This document shows, piece after piece, positions 16,158 to 24,126 of a DNA stretch of 28,938 nt. The notes beneath the pieces are model-generated. The model did not search any database. It saw nothing but the letters and a program-made list of their open reading frames with translations, and had not been told where the DNA came from. Origin of the DNA: an uncultured Erysipelotrichaceae bacterium (GTDB lineage: Bacteria; Bacillota_I; Bacilli_A; Erysipelotrichales; Erysipelotrichaceae); contig CAZXTB010000001.1 of the NCBI GenBank assembly GCA_964643535.1, positions 2,260 through 31,197 on the forward strand. The letters run 5' to 3'. The stretch's first letter is position 1, and each line of letters begins with the position of its first letter. Made by a program: the position numbers and the translations under genes.

Positions 16158-17069
16158 CTATTTGGCCCAAAGATCATAAGGATATTTGTCTTGAGCTTTA
16201 AACTCTAAGAAACGTGCGACCACATAAGGTTTATCATCGTGATAAGTTACCCCAAACCATTCATTCTCAGAAGGCATGACTTTGATTGAGAAGGCTTTTG
16301 ATTTGATTGTTTCTCCGATCATTGTAGGAATAACGTGTTCACATTTTAGTGGATTATTAGAAAGTTCTCGTTGAAGATACAAGGTCAATTGTTTTTCAGC
16401 AAGTTCAAATATTTTTGGGGTAAATCCCCAAAAATTCATTGACACCAAGGCATCCTGGTTTAAAGGGAGCCATCCAGTTTCATCAGATCCACTTAAGGTT
16501 ACCCCATCTACGCTTTTAATTTTTGCGTATTCATTTACGTCGATGAGTGTTTCACCTTCAACATCACATACCCCTCTACTCACTGTTCCTGAATCAGAAA
16601 GGGTCTTGTTTAGACGATATCCAACCATACTAAAGACATCATCTTTGACCTCATGGGTTAAGAAGTCATACATCTTCTTAAAGGCATCTTTCCCATAATA
16701 ATCATCCGCATTACAGATCATAAAGGCTTCTTTGACTTGATGACGACAGATCCATAAGGCGTGGGTCGTTCCCCAGGGTTTTTCACGACCTTCAGGGGCA
16801 CTAAAACCTATAGGCAATTCTTTCATATCTTGAAAGATGAATTCCACATCGATAAACTGACGAACTTTATCCACCAATGCCTTTTTAAAAGCTTCCTCAT
16901 GTTCCTTACGAATGATCAAATATACTTTTTTGAACCCAGCTTGGATCGCATCATAGATTGAAAAATCGATGATGGATTCCCCATTATTGCCTACTGTATC
17001 GATTTGTTTCAATCCACCATAACGACTTCCCATACCCGCAGCTAAGATGACTAAACTAGGATTTTTCAT
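16158..17069 (-). CDS. Sugar-phosphate nucleotidyltransferase (NTP_transferase family)
   Basis: LVILAAGMGSRYGGLKQ signature, KPWGT, NADDYYG, VSMNFWGF and WFGVTY. Start moved from 17117 to ATG 17069, preceded by SD GAGGT. Confidence 0.88.
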   Translation of the reverse strand: MKNPSLVILAAGMGSRYGGLKQIDTVGNNGESIIDFSIYDAIQAGFKKVYLIIRKEHEEAFKKALVDKVRQFIDVEFIFQDMKELPIGFSAPEGREKPWGTTHALWICRHQVKEAFMICNADDYYGKDAFKKMYDFLTHEVKDDVFSMVGYRLNKTLSDSGTVSRGVCDVEGETLIDVNEYAKIKSVDGVTLSGSDETGWLPLNQDALVSMNFWGFTPKIFELAEKQLTLYLQRELSNNPLKCEHVIPTMIGETIKSKAFSIKVMPSENEWFGVTYHDDKPYVVARFLEFKAQDKYPYDLWAK

Positions 17070-17203
17070 AGAATACCTCATTGTTTCTGTTGTGTGAAGA
17101 CGTATTATGATAAACAATCATTCATCTAAAGAACTGTTCATCGAATAAAATATAGACTTCTAAAATGATTTCAAATGTAACTATAAAAAGATATGGACTT
17201 TAA

Positions 17204-18475
17204 CTAGAAAACTTGTATTACTCCAACTTCTCTTAGACGAATCTGAATAAAACTACCCGCTCCAAAGACCTCGTTAAACTTTAGCTTTAACGAGGGGGTT
17301 AAAGTCTTAGGGACAAAGAGTAGAATGGTTCCAGCAAATCCTCCCCCATGAACTCTAAAGGCTCCTTGTCCATCCAAAGCCTTTTCAGCCATCATTAAGG
17401 CCAAAGCTAAACCTTGTTTAGTGGAGTGTTTATTCCAAACGTTCTGTAGATTGGTATATGAAGATCGTCCTGAGGCTAAAATCAAAGCTAAGAAGTCCTT
17501 ACTATTCGAAGTGTTGAGAGCTTCCATTAAATCCAATACGCGTTGATTTTCTTGGAAGAAATGATGACCTCTCAATAAGATGCGTGTATCGAAAAGGGTA
17601 TTTAATCTAGGCAATTGATCATAGAAATCATCTGGATGAACTCTTGATAAGGTGGTTTGATTAAACGTCTGAGATAAAAGCTTACAGTCTTCAAATATTT
17701 CCGCATAATCACTAGACAGATCAGCATGAGATCCACCACACTGAACCAAGCAAATGTCAAATGGATCAAATAGATTATGACTGTCTATTTTTTGTACGAC
17801 AGGGTTATCTTTATCGTAAAAATCTATGGCACAAAAACCCCCATGGGCAATAACCATTTGATCCATTAATCCACAAGGTTTATTAAAATAATTGTTTTCA
17901 GCTTTCTGCGAAATAATCGCATACTCACTTGCGCTCATGGGTTTTAAACCATAGTAGGTATCTAGAATCTTAACCAGTAGGACTTCTATAGAAGCAGATG
18001 AAGATAAGCCTGATCCTGAAAAAACCGTACTTTCAATGTAGGCATCGAATCCACCCACAACACCAGTTGCCTCTTTGAAATAGTGAGCAATTCCTCTAAT
18101 CAATCCCATGGTGGTGTAGTACTCTTTTGGATCAACGGATAGATCAGAGAGATCAACAGGTGCAATGTCATAATCCTTAGACATCACTCTAATGATGTTA
18201 TCGTTGTTTCTTGAGACAAAAGCCACACTATCCAAATCAACAGCCATGGCCAAGACGCGACCCAGTTGATGATCCGTATGATTACCCCCTACTTCTATAC
18301 GACCTGAAGCACTAAACACATCCACAAGATCGTGATTAAAAAGGGTCCTATAGTGTTCAGCCATCGATAAATATCGTGCTCTTTGAGATGAAACTTGTTG
18401 GGCTCCATACAGATTGGTTAGTTGAGATGTGGATGCCTTGCTTTGAATGAAGGAGAATAGTTCAGTTGATTTCAT
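17204..18475 (-). CDS. galK: Galactokinase-like GHMP sugar kinase
   Basis: SGRIEVGGNHTDH, ATP loop SGSGLSSSAS, KPCGLMDQ and RVHGGGFAG. SD AAGGA. Lies in a locus with galE and mgl genes. Confidence 0.82.
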   Translation of the reverse strand: MKSTELFSFIQSKASTSQLTNLYGAQQVSSQRARYLSMAEHYRTLFNHDLVDVFSASGRIEVGGNHTDHQLGRVLAMAVDLDSVAFVSRNNDNIIRVMSKDYDIAPVDLSDLSVDPKEYYTTMGLIRGIAHYFKEATGVVGGFDAYIESTVFSGSGLSSSASIEVLLVKILDTYYGLKPMSASEYAIISQKAENNYFNKPCGLMDQMVIAHGGFCAIDFYDKDNPVVQKIDSHNLFDPFDICLVQCGGSHADLSSDYAEIFEDCKLLSQTFNQTTLSRVHPDDFYDQLPRLNTLFDTRILLRGHHFFQENQRVLDLMEALNTSNSKDFLALILASGRSSYTNLQNVWNKHSTKQGLALALMMAEKALDGQGAFRVHGGGFAGTILLFVPKTLTPSLKLKFNEVFGAGSFIQIRLREVGVIQVF

Positions 18476-18506
18476 GGGTTGTCCTTACCTTAGTGAGATT
18501 GAGTTT

Positions 18507-18515
18507 AGTATAACA
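18507..18515 (-). promoter_or_regulatory. Extended -10 promoter element for galK
   Basis: The minus strand reads TG-T-TATACT, 32 nt upstream of the galK ATG. No good -35. Confidence 0.5.
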
Positions 18516-18531
18516 TTGAGAGCGCTACCAA
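18516..18531. promoter_or_regulatory. cre / LacI-family operator-like pseudo-palindrome
   Basis: TTGAGAGCGCTACCAA: 12 of 16 positions palindromic around GCGC, one mismatch to the cre pattern TGNNARCGNWWWCA. Abuts the galK -10 element. Confidence 0.55.
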
Positions 18532-18662
18532 TAATTTATGAAAAGTGAGACAAAAGATATAAAATCTTGTGATGCATCTTGCTCTTGCTATCAAATCAAG
18601 GGTATTCATATTATAATGAAAACGATATTACTAATCCCAGTGTTAGAAAAACGGTGAATCAA

Positions 18663-20252
18663 ATGAATAGAGATTACACCATCCTTTTAGTGGATGATGA
18701 AGAAGAAGTTAGAAAGCGCATCATATCAAAAATCCATCCTGAATCTGGTTTTGAAGTCATAGGACAAGCGGCCAATGGCTATGATGCGATCGATTTGATC
18801 GAAAAACTTAAACCAGATGTCGTTATTACAGACATTCGGATGCCTTTTGTTAATGGTATAGAGTTGGCTAAGATCATCAGTAAAGAACACCCTAAAACCA
18901 AGGTGGCTTTTATTTCGGGCTATGATGAATTCGCCTATGCTAAAGAAGCCATTGAACTCAATGTTGTCAGCTATCTTTCCAAACCCATCACTGAAGAAGA
19001 AGTGAATCATTTTCTATCTAAACTTAAATCTAGAATGGATGAAGAGTACCAAGCTTTATTTAATCAAGAAAGATTGGATGAAGTGTATCAAGCCAATTTA
19101 CCCGCATTGATAGAGAATCAATTTAACTCGTTACTGCATTACTCCAACATCACGGATCAAGATTTACAACGTTTTAAAGTCTTCGATATTGATCTTAGTG
19201 TAGGATGTTTCACCATTGGGATCATTGAGATCGATGCAGATGCAGACTTCTTAGAAATAGAATATCTACGAATCTTTTTATTGAATTTGCTTAAGAAGAA
19301 ATTTGAAGACTATAAAGCTTTGTACTACATCAACAGTGGGTTTGGACTAGTATTCATTGTTCATCAACTTGCTATGAATGTGAAAGACGTAGAAACCAGG
19401 CTTTATGAAGTGGTTTTAACCAAGAAACAATATTCTAATATTCGAGTTCAAATTGGGGTATCTGAAACTTTCGATGATTTTAAACTGGTCTCAAGTAAAG
19501 TCCTGCAAGCTAAAAAGGCACTCTCTTATAGTAACTATCTCAACATTGGAACCATCATTTACTATAAAGACATCACCTCTAAAAAGAAGATTGATTTGAA
19601 ACTATCTAAAAGCGAAATCGATGAGATCAGTTATGTCATCAAATTTGGAACTGTTAAAGAGGTTGATGATTTATTCGCAAACTTACTAAAAAACAAAGAC
19701 ATGCGTCAAGACTATTTGCTCAATAAACAATACTATCTGGTGAATCTTGCCCATATATTTATCGAATTCGCCAATGGGCTCAATGTGGAGTTGGATGATA
19801 TTCTTGAAGGTAACTTCTTTGATAAACTATCAGGATTTTCTCAACTTCAAGACATGTTTAATTTCTTAAAGAAATTGGTCTTTGCTTGTCGAGAAATGAA
19901 CATGCATCGATCAAAGACATCAGCCAGTTTACTTCTCGAAGAGGCACTTCTCTATTTAAATACCAACTATGCTAATCCAAATATTACGATGGAATTTGTT
20001 TGTGATGATCTGGGCATCAGTATTTCTTATCTAAGCAATCTTTTTAAAAAAATCGAAGACACCACCTTCAACAAGTATCTGGTTAAAACACGGATGGAAA
20101 AGGCGATGGAGCTTTTGAAGTTTAGCGATGATAAGATCTATGAAGTTGCCAATCAAGTAGGCTATAACGACATCTATTATTTCAGCTACAGTTTCAAAAA
20201 ATACACAGGGCATTCACCCAAGGAGTATCGCCATGATCAAAAGGCTGAATGA
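18663..20252 (+). CDS. YesN-type response regulator (REC + C-terminal AraC HTH)
   Basis: ILLVDDE, VVITDIRMP, FISGYDEFAYAKEA, YLSKP and AraC C-terminus VANQVGYNDIYYFSYSFKKYTGHSPKEYR. Start moved from TTG 18579 to ATG 18663. Confidence 0.93.
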   Translation: MNRDYTILLVDDEEEVRKRIISKIHPESGFEVIGQAANGYDAIDLIEKLKPDVVITDIRMPFVNGIELAKIISKEHPKTKVAFISGYDEFAYAKEAIELNVVSYLSKPITEEEVNHFLSKLKSRMDEEYQALFNQERLDEVYQANLPALIENQFNSLLHYSNITDQDLQRFKVFDIDLSVGCFTIGIIEIDADADFLEIEYLRIFLLNLLKKKFEDYKALYYINSGFGLVFIVHQLAMNVKDVETRLYEVVLTKKQYSNIRVQIGVSETFDDFKLVSSKVLQAKKALSYSNYLNIGTIIYYKDITSKKKIDLKLSKSEIDEISYVIKFGTVKEVDDLFANLLKNKDMRQDYLLNKQYYLVNLAHIFIEFANGLNVELDDILEGNFFDKLSGFSQLQDMFNFLKKLVFACREMNMHRSKTSASLLLEEALLYLNTNYANPNITMEFVCDDLGISISYLSNLFKKIEDTTFNKYLVKTRMEKAMELLKFSDDKIYEVANQVGYNDIYYFSYSFKKYTGHSPKEYRHDQKAE

Positions 20253-21960
20253 TTTATCGATTGGGAAATCTATATTCCTAACGATCCTTATTTTTACTGG
20301 GTTTTTAACCTTATCGACTGTCCTATCAAATCAATTGATTTTCGCTAGGACGGATCGACTTATCGAGAGTACTTCCAAAGAAATCAATAAACAAGTCATC
20401 ATGAACTATGAGAATTATCTTAGCAACATGATCGGTATTTCCAATGCTTTACAGGAATACATCATCGATACCACGAAAGTTGATGATTTTGAAGAACTAT
20501 CACTTTTGTTTGTACAGACCACCAATATCGAACGAAACATTCTAAACGTAGCTTTGATTTCTGAAGATGGGCAGCTGATGGCTTCAAGTGTTGATGTTAA
20601 AATCAATCCAAATATTTTAGACATAGAATGGTTTATCGAAGCCAAACAGGCTGAAGATATCCATCATTTTAGTGGTCTACATACCGAAAATTTCTTTATG
20701 TTGGGACGTAAAGAAGTTTTTACTGTTTCTAAAAGTGTCCAGTATTTCGTAAATGGGGTTTCTAATAAAGGGGTATTGATGATTGATATCGATACCAGCA
20801 ATTTTAAGACCTTAGCTCAACAAACCAATCTTGGTGAAAAGGGGCACATCGTTATCACTTCGCAATCTGGGAAGATCATTTATTCCTCTGATCCTTTGTG
20901 TTATGGGAATGATTGTACTTCAGCTGAGATCTTAAAAGAGATTGGCTTAGGAGGTCGTTTGGTGAAATGGAACAATCTAAATATGTACGCCAACGTGAAT
21001 ACCATCAAAGATACCCGTTGGAAGATCGCCACCTTCATCAACGTCAATGAGATCGTCTCAACCAAAGCAGACATCTTAATACGATTGATTTTGATTTTCG
21101 TTTTAACGCTGATCACGACTTCTCTGATATCCACCTATTTCTCTAGACGAATAACCCTTCCGATGAACATCTTGAAGAATCACATTGCCTTAATAGAGAA
21201 AGGTGACTTTGAGTCTAGAGTTCATGTCTCAGGATTAAAAGAAGTCACTCTTTTAGCGGAAGCTTTCAATACGATGAGTAATCGAATCAAGGAACTGATG
21301 GATAAGGTTTTTACTGAACAAAATGAAAAGAGAAAGACCCAATTCATTGCCTTACAGAATCAAATCAATCCTCATTTTCTATACAATACCTTGGATTCTA
21401 TTGTCTCGTTGAGCGAAAATAATCGTAATAAGGATGTAGAAAGCGCCATCATTGCCTTGTCTAAATTCTTTAGGATGAGTATTTCCAATGAGATGAATTT
21501 AGTAGAGCTCAAGGATGAAATTGAACATGTTAGAAACTACCTGCTTATTCAACAGATTCGTTATCAAAATACCTTCGTCTTTGATTTTGAAATCGATGAT
21601 GATATTCTTCATCATAAAGTCATTAAGTTATCACTTCAACCTTTGGTAGAAAATGCCATCCTACATGGGATCCATCCTGATGATGCCTATTCAACCATCT
21701 TGGTTAAAGGCTATGCCAAAGATAATTTCCTTTATATTGAAGTATTCAATGAAGGCTATGGAATCTCTAAGGAACGTATCCAGGAGATCCATACCATGAT
21801 TCAATCCAATCAGAATACATCCAGTATGGGGCTTAAGAATGTCTATCAACGACTGAAACTATACTATGGTGATGAAGCAGACCTTATCTTAGAAAGTGAA
21901 TTGGATGAATATACAAAGGTTATTATGAAGATGCCTTTGGGAATGGAGGAATCACTATGA
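20233..21960 (+). CDS. YesM/LytS-type sensor histidine kinase (extracellular Cache-like domain, HAMP, His_kinase, HATPase)
   Basis: Two TM segments flank an extracellular domain; HAMP region, LQNQINPHFLYNTL, LQPLVENAILHG and MGLKNVYQRLKLYYG. Overlaps the response regulator by 20 nt. Confidence 0.94.
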   Translation: MIKRLNDLSIGKSIFLTILIFTGFLTLSTVLSNQLIFARTDRLIESTSKEINKQVIMNYENYLSNMIGISNALQEYIIDTTKVDDFEELSLLFVQTTNIERNILNVALISEDGQLMASSVDVKINPNILDIEWFIEAKQAEDIHHFSGLHTENFFMLGRKEVFTVSKSVQYFVNGVSNKGVLMIDIDTSNFKTLAQQTNLGEKGHIVITSQSGKIIYSSDPLCYGNDCTSAEILKEIGLGGRLVKWNNLNMYANVNTIKDTRWKIATFINVNEIVSTKADILIRLILIFVLTLITTSLISTYFSRRITLPMNILKNHIALIEKGDFESRVHVSGLKEVTLLAEAFNTMSNRIKELMDKVFTEQNEKRKTQFIALQNQINPHFLYNTLDSIVSLSENNRNKDVESAIIALSKFFRMSISNEMNLVELKDEIEHVRNYLLIQQIRYQNTFVFDFEIDDDILHHKVIKLSLQPLVENAILHGIHPDDAYSTILVKGYAKDNFLYIEVFNEGYGISKERIQEIHTMIQSNQNTSSMGLKNVYQRLKLYYGDEADLILESELDEYTKVIMKMPLGMEESL

Positions 21961-22964
21961 AGCGGTTCATCATCGTTGTCTTATTCTTGTTAAGTGCGTG
22001 TAATAGTCAAATAGAAACCGTACCTTTATTCATCTATGATGGTAATGATGCCTACATCAAAGAATTTGAGAGGAAGATCCAAAGCGTCGATCAGAATGAT
22101 TTTCTCATCAAGACCTATATCAGTAAGAATTCTCAAATCATTCAAAACGAACAAATCGATCAGGTCCTCAAAGAAAAGCATCCCTTATTGATCATCAATC
22201 CAGTCGATCGATTAAGTGTCTACGCCATCATCGAAAAGGCCAAACAAACGAATACCACCATCATATTCTTTAATCGAGAACCCTTAGCTTCTGATTTAGC
22301 CAGTTACGACAAAGCTTACTATGTAGGGGCAGACGCTACCCAATCCGCTGAGCTTCAAGCCAGTCTCATCATGGACTTGTTTGGCAATGATCCAAAAAAC
22401 TTAAATAAGTATGATAAGAACCAAGATGGGATCATTCAAGCTTTGATTCTAAAAGGTGAACAAGGTCATCAAGATGCGGAAGCCAGAACGAAGTTCGTCA
22501 TCGAGCGATTAACCGTCGCTGGTTATCAAGTAGAAGTATTGGATATCGTTATCGCGAATTGGGATAGAGATATTGCCTATGGCTTGATGGATGGGTTATT
22601 GGAAGACTATAGAGAAACCATGGAACTGTTGATTTCCAACAATGATGCGATGGCGCTTGGTGCCATCCAACGTATGCAAGAAAAGTTGGTTTTTGAAGAC
22701 ACCAATCAAAATGGGGTCATCGATCGTGATACTGAACCTTGGATACCTGTCGTAGGCATCGATGGAATTACAGCTGCCATAGATTCAATTAAAACAGGAT
22801 ATCTTTATGGGACAGTCAAAAATGACTCTCAAAATATGGCATTGATCATCATCGAATTAGCGAAGTGGTTATTAGAAGAAAAATCTCTCACTGATTTCCC
22901 TTATGAGATCACCAACGGTAAATATGTTTGGGTCAATTATCAAAAAATGACCCTGGATGAATAG
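21957..22964 (+). CDS. MglB/GGBP-like galactose/glucose-binding lipoprotein, probable accessory sensor of the two-component system
   Basis: Lipobox LSAC; INPVD, FFNREP, DKNQDG Ca loop, GHQDAEART, NWDRD, NNDAMA and GIDG. ATGA overlap with the kinase stop. Confidence 0.88.
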   Translation: MKRFIIVVLFLLSACNSQIETVPLFIYDGNDAYIKEFERKIQSVDQNDFLIKTYISKNSQIIQNEQIDQVLKEKHPLLIINPVDRLSVYAIIEKAKQTNTTIIFFNREPLASDLASYDKAYYVGADATQSAELQASLIMDLFGNDPKNLNKYDKNQDGIIQALILKGEQGHQDAEARTKFVIERLTVAGYQVEVLDIVIANWDRDIAYGLMDGLLEDYRETMELLISNNDAMALGAIQRMQEKLVFEDTNQNGVIDRDTEPWIPVVGIDGITAAIDSIKTGYLYGTVKNDSQNMALIIIELAKWLLEEKSLTDFPYEITNGKYVWVNYQKMTLDE

Positions 22965-23018
22965 AATTTTGAATTGTGAGTAATATTTCACAAAAAGAGT
23001 ATTGTTTATTCAATGTTA

Positions 23019-23032
23019 TGTAAGGGCTTACT
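23019..23032. promoter_or_regulatory. cre-like site in the mglB promoter spacer
   Basis: TGTAAGGGCTTACT, two mismatches to the perfect cre TGTAAGCGCTTACA, immediately upstream of TATAAT. Confidence 0.55.
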
Positions 23033-23036
23033 TTTC

Positions 23037-23042
23037 TATAAT
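23037..23042 (+). promoter_or_regulatory. -10 element (TATAAT) of the mglBAC promoter; no consensus -35, consistent with activator dependence
   Basis: Perfect TATAAT 30 nt upstream of ATG 23073. Confidence 0.55.
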
Positions 23043-23072
23043 TGAAATGTGTAATCTACACAGGAGGAATAA

Positions 23073-24056
23073 ATGAAAAAGTTTTTGCTCTTAGTCGCAT
23101 TAACCGCATTGGTTTTGGGCAGTTTCACTGCTTGTACTGCTAAACCAAAAGGACCAGTCAAAGTCGGTATCGCCATCTATAAGTTTGATGACACCTTCAT
23201 GACAAACTATCGTACCGAAATGGAAACCTATTTGAAATCATTGGAAACAACTGAAACCAAATATGAAATCACCATTACCGACGGTAAGAATGATCAAGCA
23301 ACCCAAACTGAACAAATCGACAGTTTCATTGCTCAAGCTTATGATGTATTGATTATCAACTTAGTAGACTTAACTGCAGCCGGCGCTATTATTGCTAAGG
23401 TTAAAGCAGCAGGTATCCCTACTGTATTCATTAATCGTCAACCTTCCGTAGCTGATATGGGCCTTTGGGACAAGATCACTTACGTTGGTGCAAAAGCTGA
23501 AGATTCAGGGACCTATCAAGGCGAAATCGCTTTGGACCTCTGGAATGCTGCTGGATCAACAATGGACAAAAATGGCGATGGTATCCTTCAATATGTTATG
23601 TTGATGGGCCAAGCTATCCACCAAGATGCTGCTTTACGTACAGAATATTCCATCAAAAAATTAGTAGATGCTGGCGTTAAAGTTGAAAAACTATTTGAAG
23701 AACGCGCTAACTGGAACCGTGACGAAGGTCAGGTCCAAATGGCTTCAGCCATCGCTCAATACGGAGATAAGATTGAAGTTGTCTTTGGAAACAATGATGA
23801 CATGGCTTTAGGTGCTATCCAAGCATTAAAGGCTGCCAATATGGTCGTTCCTGTTATCGGTGTTGATGCTACTGCTCCAGCATTGGATTCTATTGGATTG
23901 GGTGATTTGGCTGGAACTGTCTTGAATGACAGCGTTGGTCAGGCACACACTTCAGTCGACAAAGCGTTAGCCTTGTTAAAGGGTGATACTCTTGCTAAAG
24001 AATACTGGGTTCCTTATGTTAAGGTTACTCCAGAAAACTTCGAAGATTTTAAATAA
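23073..24056 (+). CDS. mglB: Galactose/glucose ABC transporter substrate-binding lipoprotein
   Basis: Lipobox FTAC; YKFDDTFM, INLVD, DKNGDG, HQDAALRT, NWNRD, NNDDMA, GVDA and VLND match the GGBP sugar-contact pattern. SD AGGAGG. Confidence 0.88.
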   Translation: MKKFLLLVALTALVLGSFTACTAKPKGPVKVGIAIYKFDDTFMTNYRTEMETYLKSLETTETKYEITITDGKNDQATQTEQIDSFIAQAYDVLIINLVDLTAAGAIIAKVKAAGIPTVFINRQPSVADMGLWDKITYVGAKAEDSGTYQGEIALDLWNAAGSTMDKNGDGILQYVMLMGQAIHQDAALRTEYSIKKLVDAGVKVEKLFEERANWNRDEGQVQMASAIAQYGDKIEVVFGNNDDMALGAIQALKAANMVVPVIGVDATAPALDSIGLGDLAGTVLNDSVGQAHTSVDKALALLKGDTLAKEYWVPYVKVTPENFEDFK

Positions 24057-24069
24057 GCTTAACTGATCC

Positions 24070-24105
24070 AGAAAATCAAGTGTGGTCAAACACACTTGAT
24101 TTTCT
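24070..24105 (+). terminator. Intercistronic hairpin after mglB (partial terminator or mRNA stabiliser)
   Basis: Perfect 15-bp inverted repeat AGAAAATCAAGTGTG-GTCAAA-CACACTTGATTTTCT. Confidence 0.8.
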
Positions 24106-24126
24106 ATCTCGTTAGAAAGAGGTTAT

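Noticed and set aside
14843-16961. ORFs 14843-15043 (-), 15821-16033 (-) and 16761-16961 (+)
   Set aside because: Antisense to supported genes, with no motifs.
17070-18662. ORF-track longer starts for the nucleotidyltransferase (17117) and response regulator (18579), and likewise the PHP gene (15187)
   Set aside because: Downstream ATGs have better SD sites or coincide with the domain start; the extensions run through promoter-like sequence.
18726-21134. Antisense ORFs 18726-19010, 20031-20213, 20415-20645 and 20901-21134
   Set aside because: Shadows of the two-component genes.
22974-22993. Calling TTGTGA-N8-TCACAA a CRP, Rex or lac operator site
   Set aside because: The spacer is 2 nt longer than CRP (N6) or Rex geometry, and only one half resembles lacO; kept only as an unassigned palindrome.
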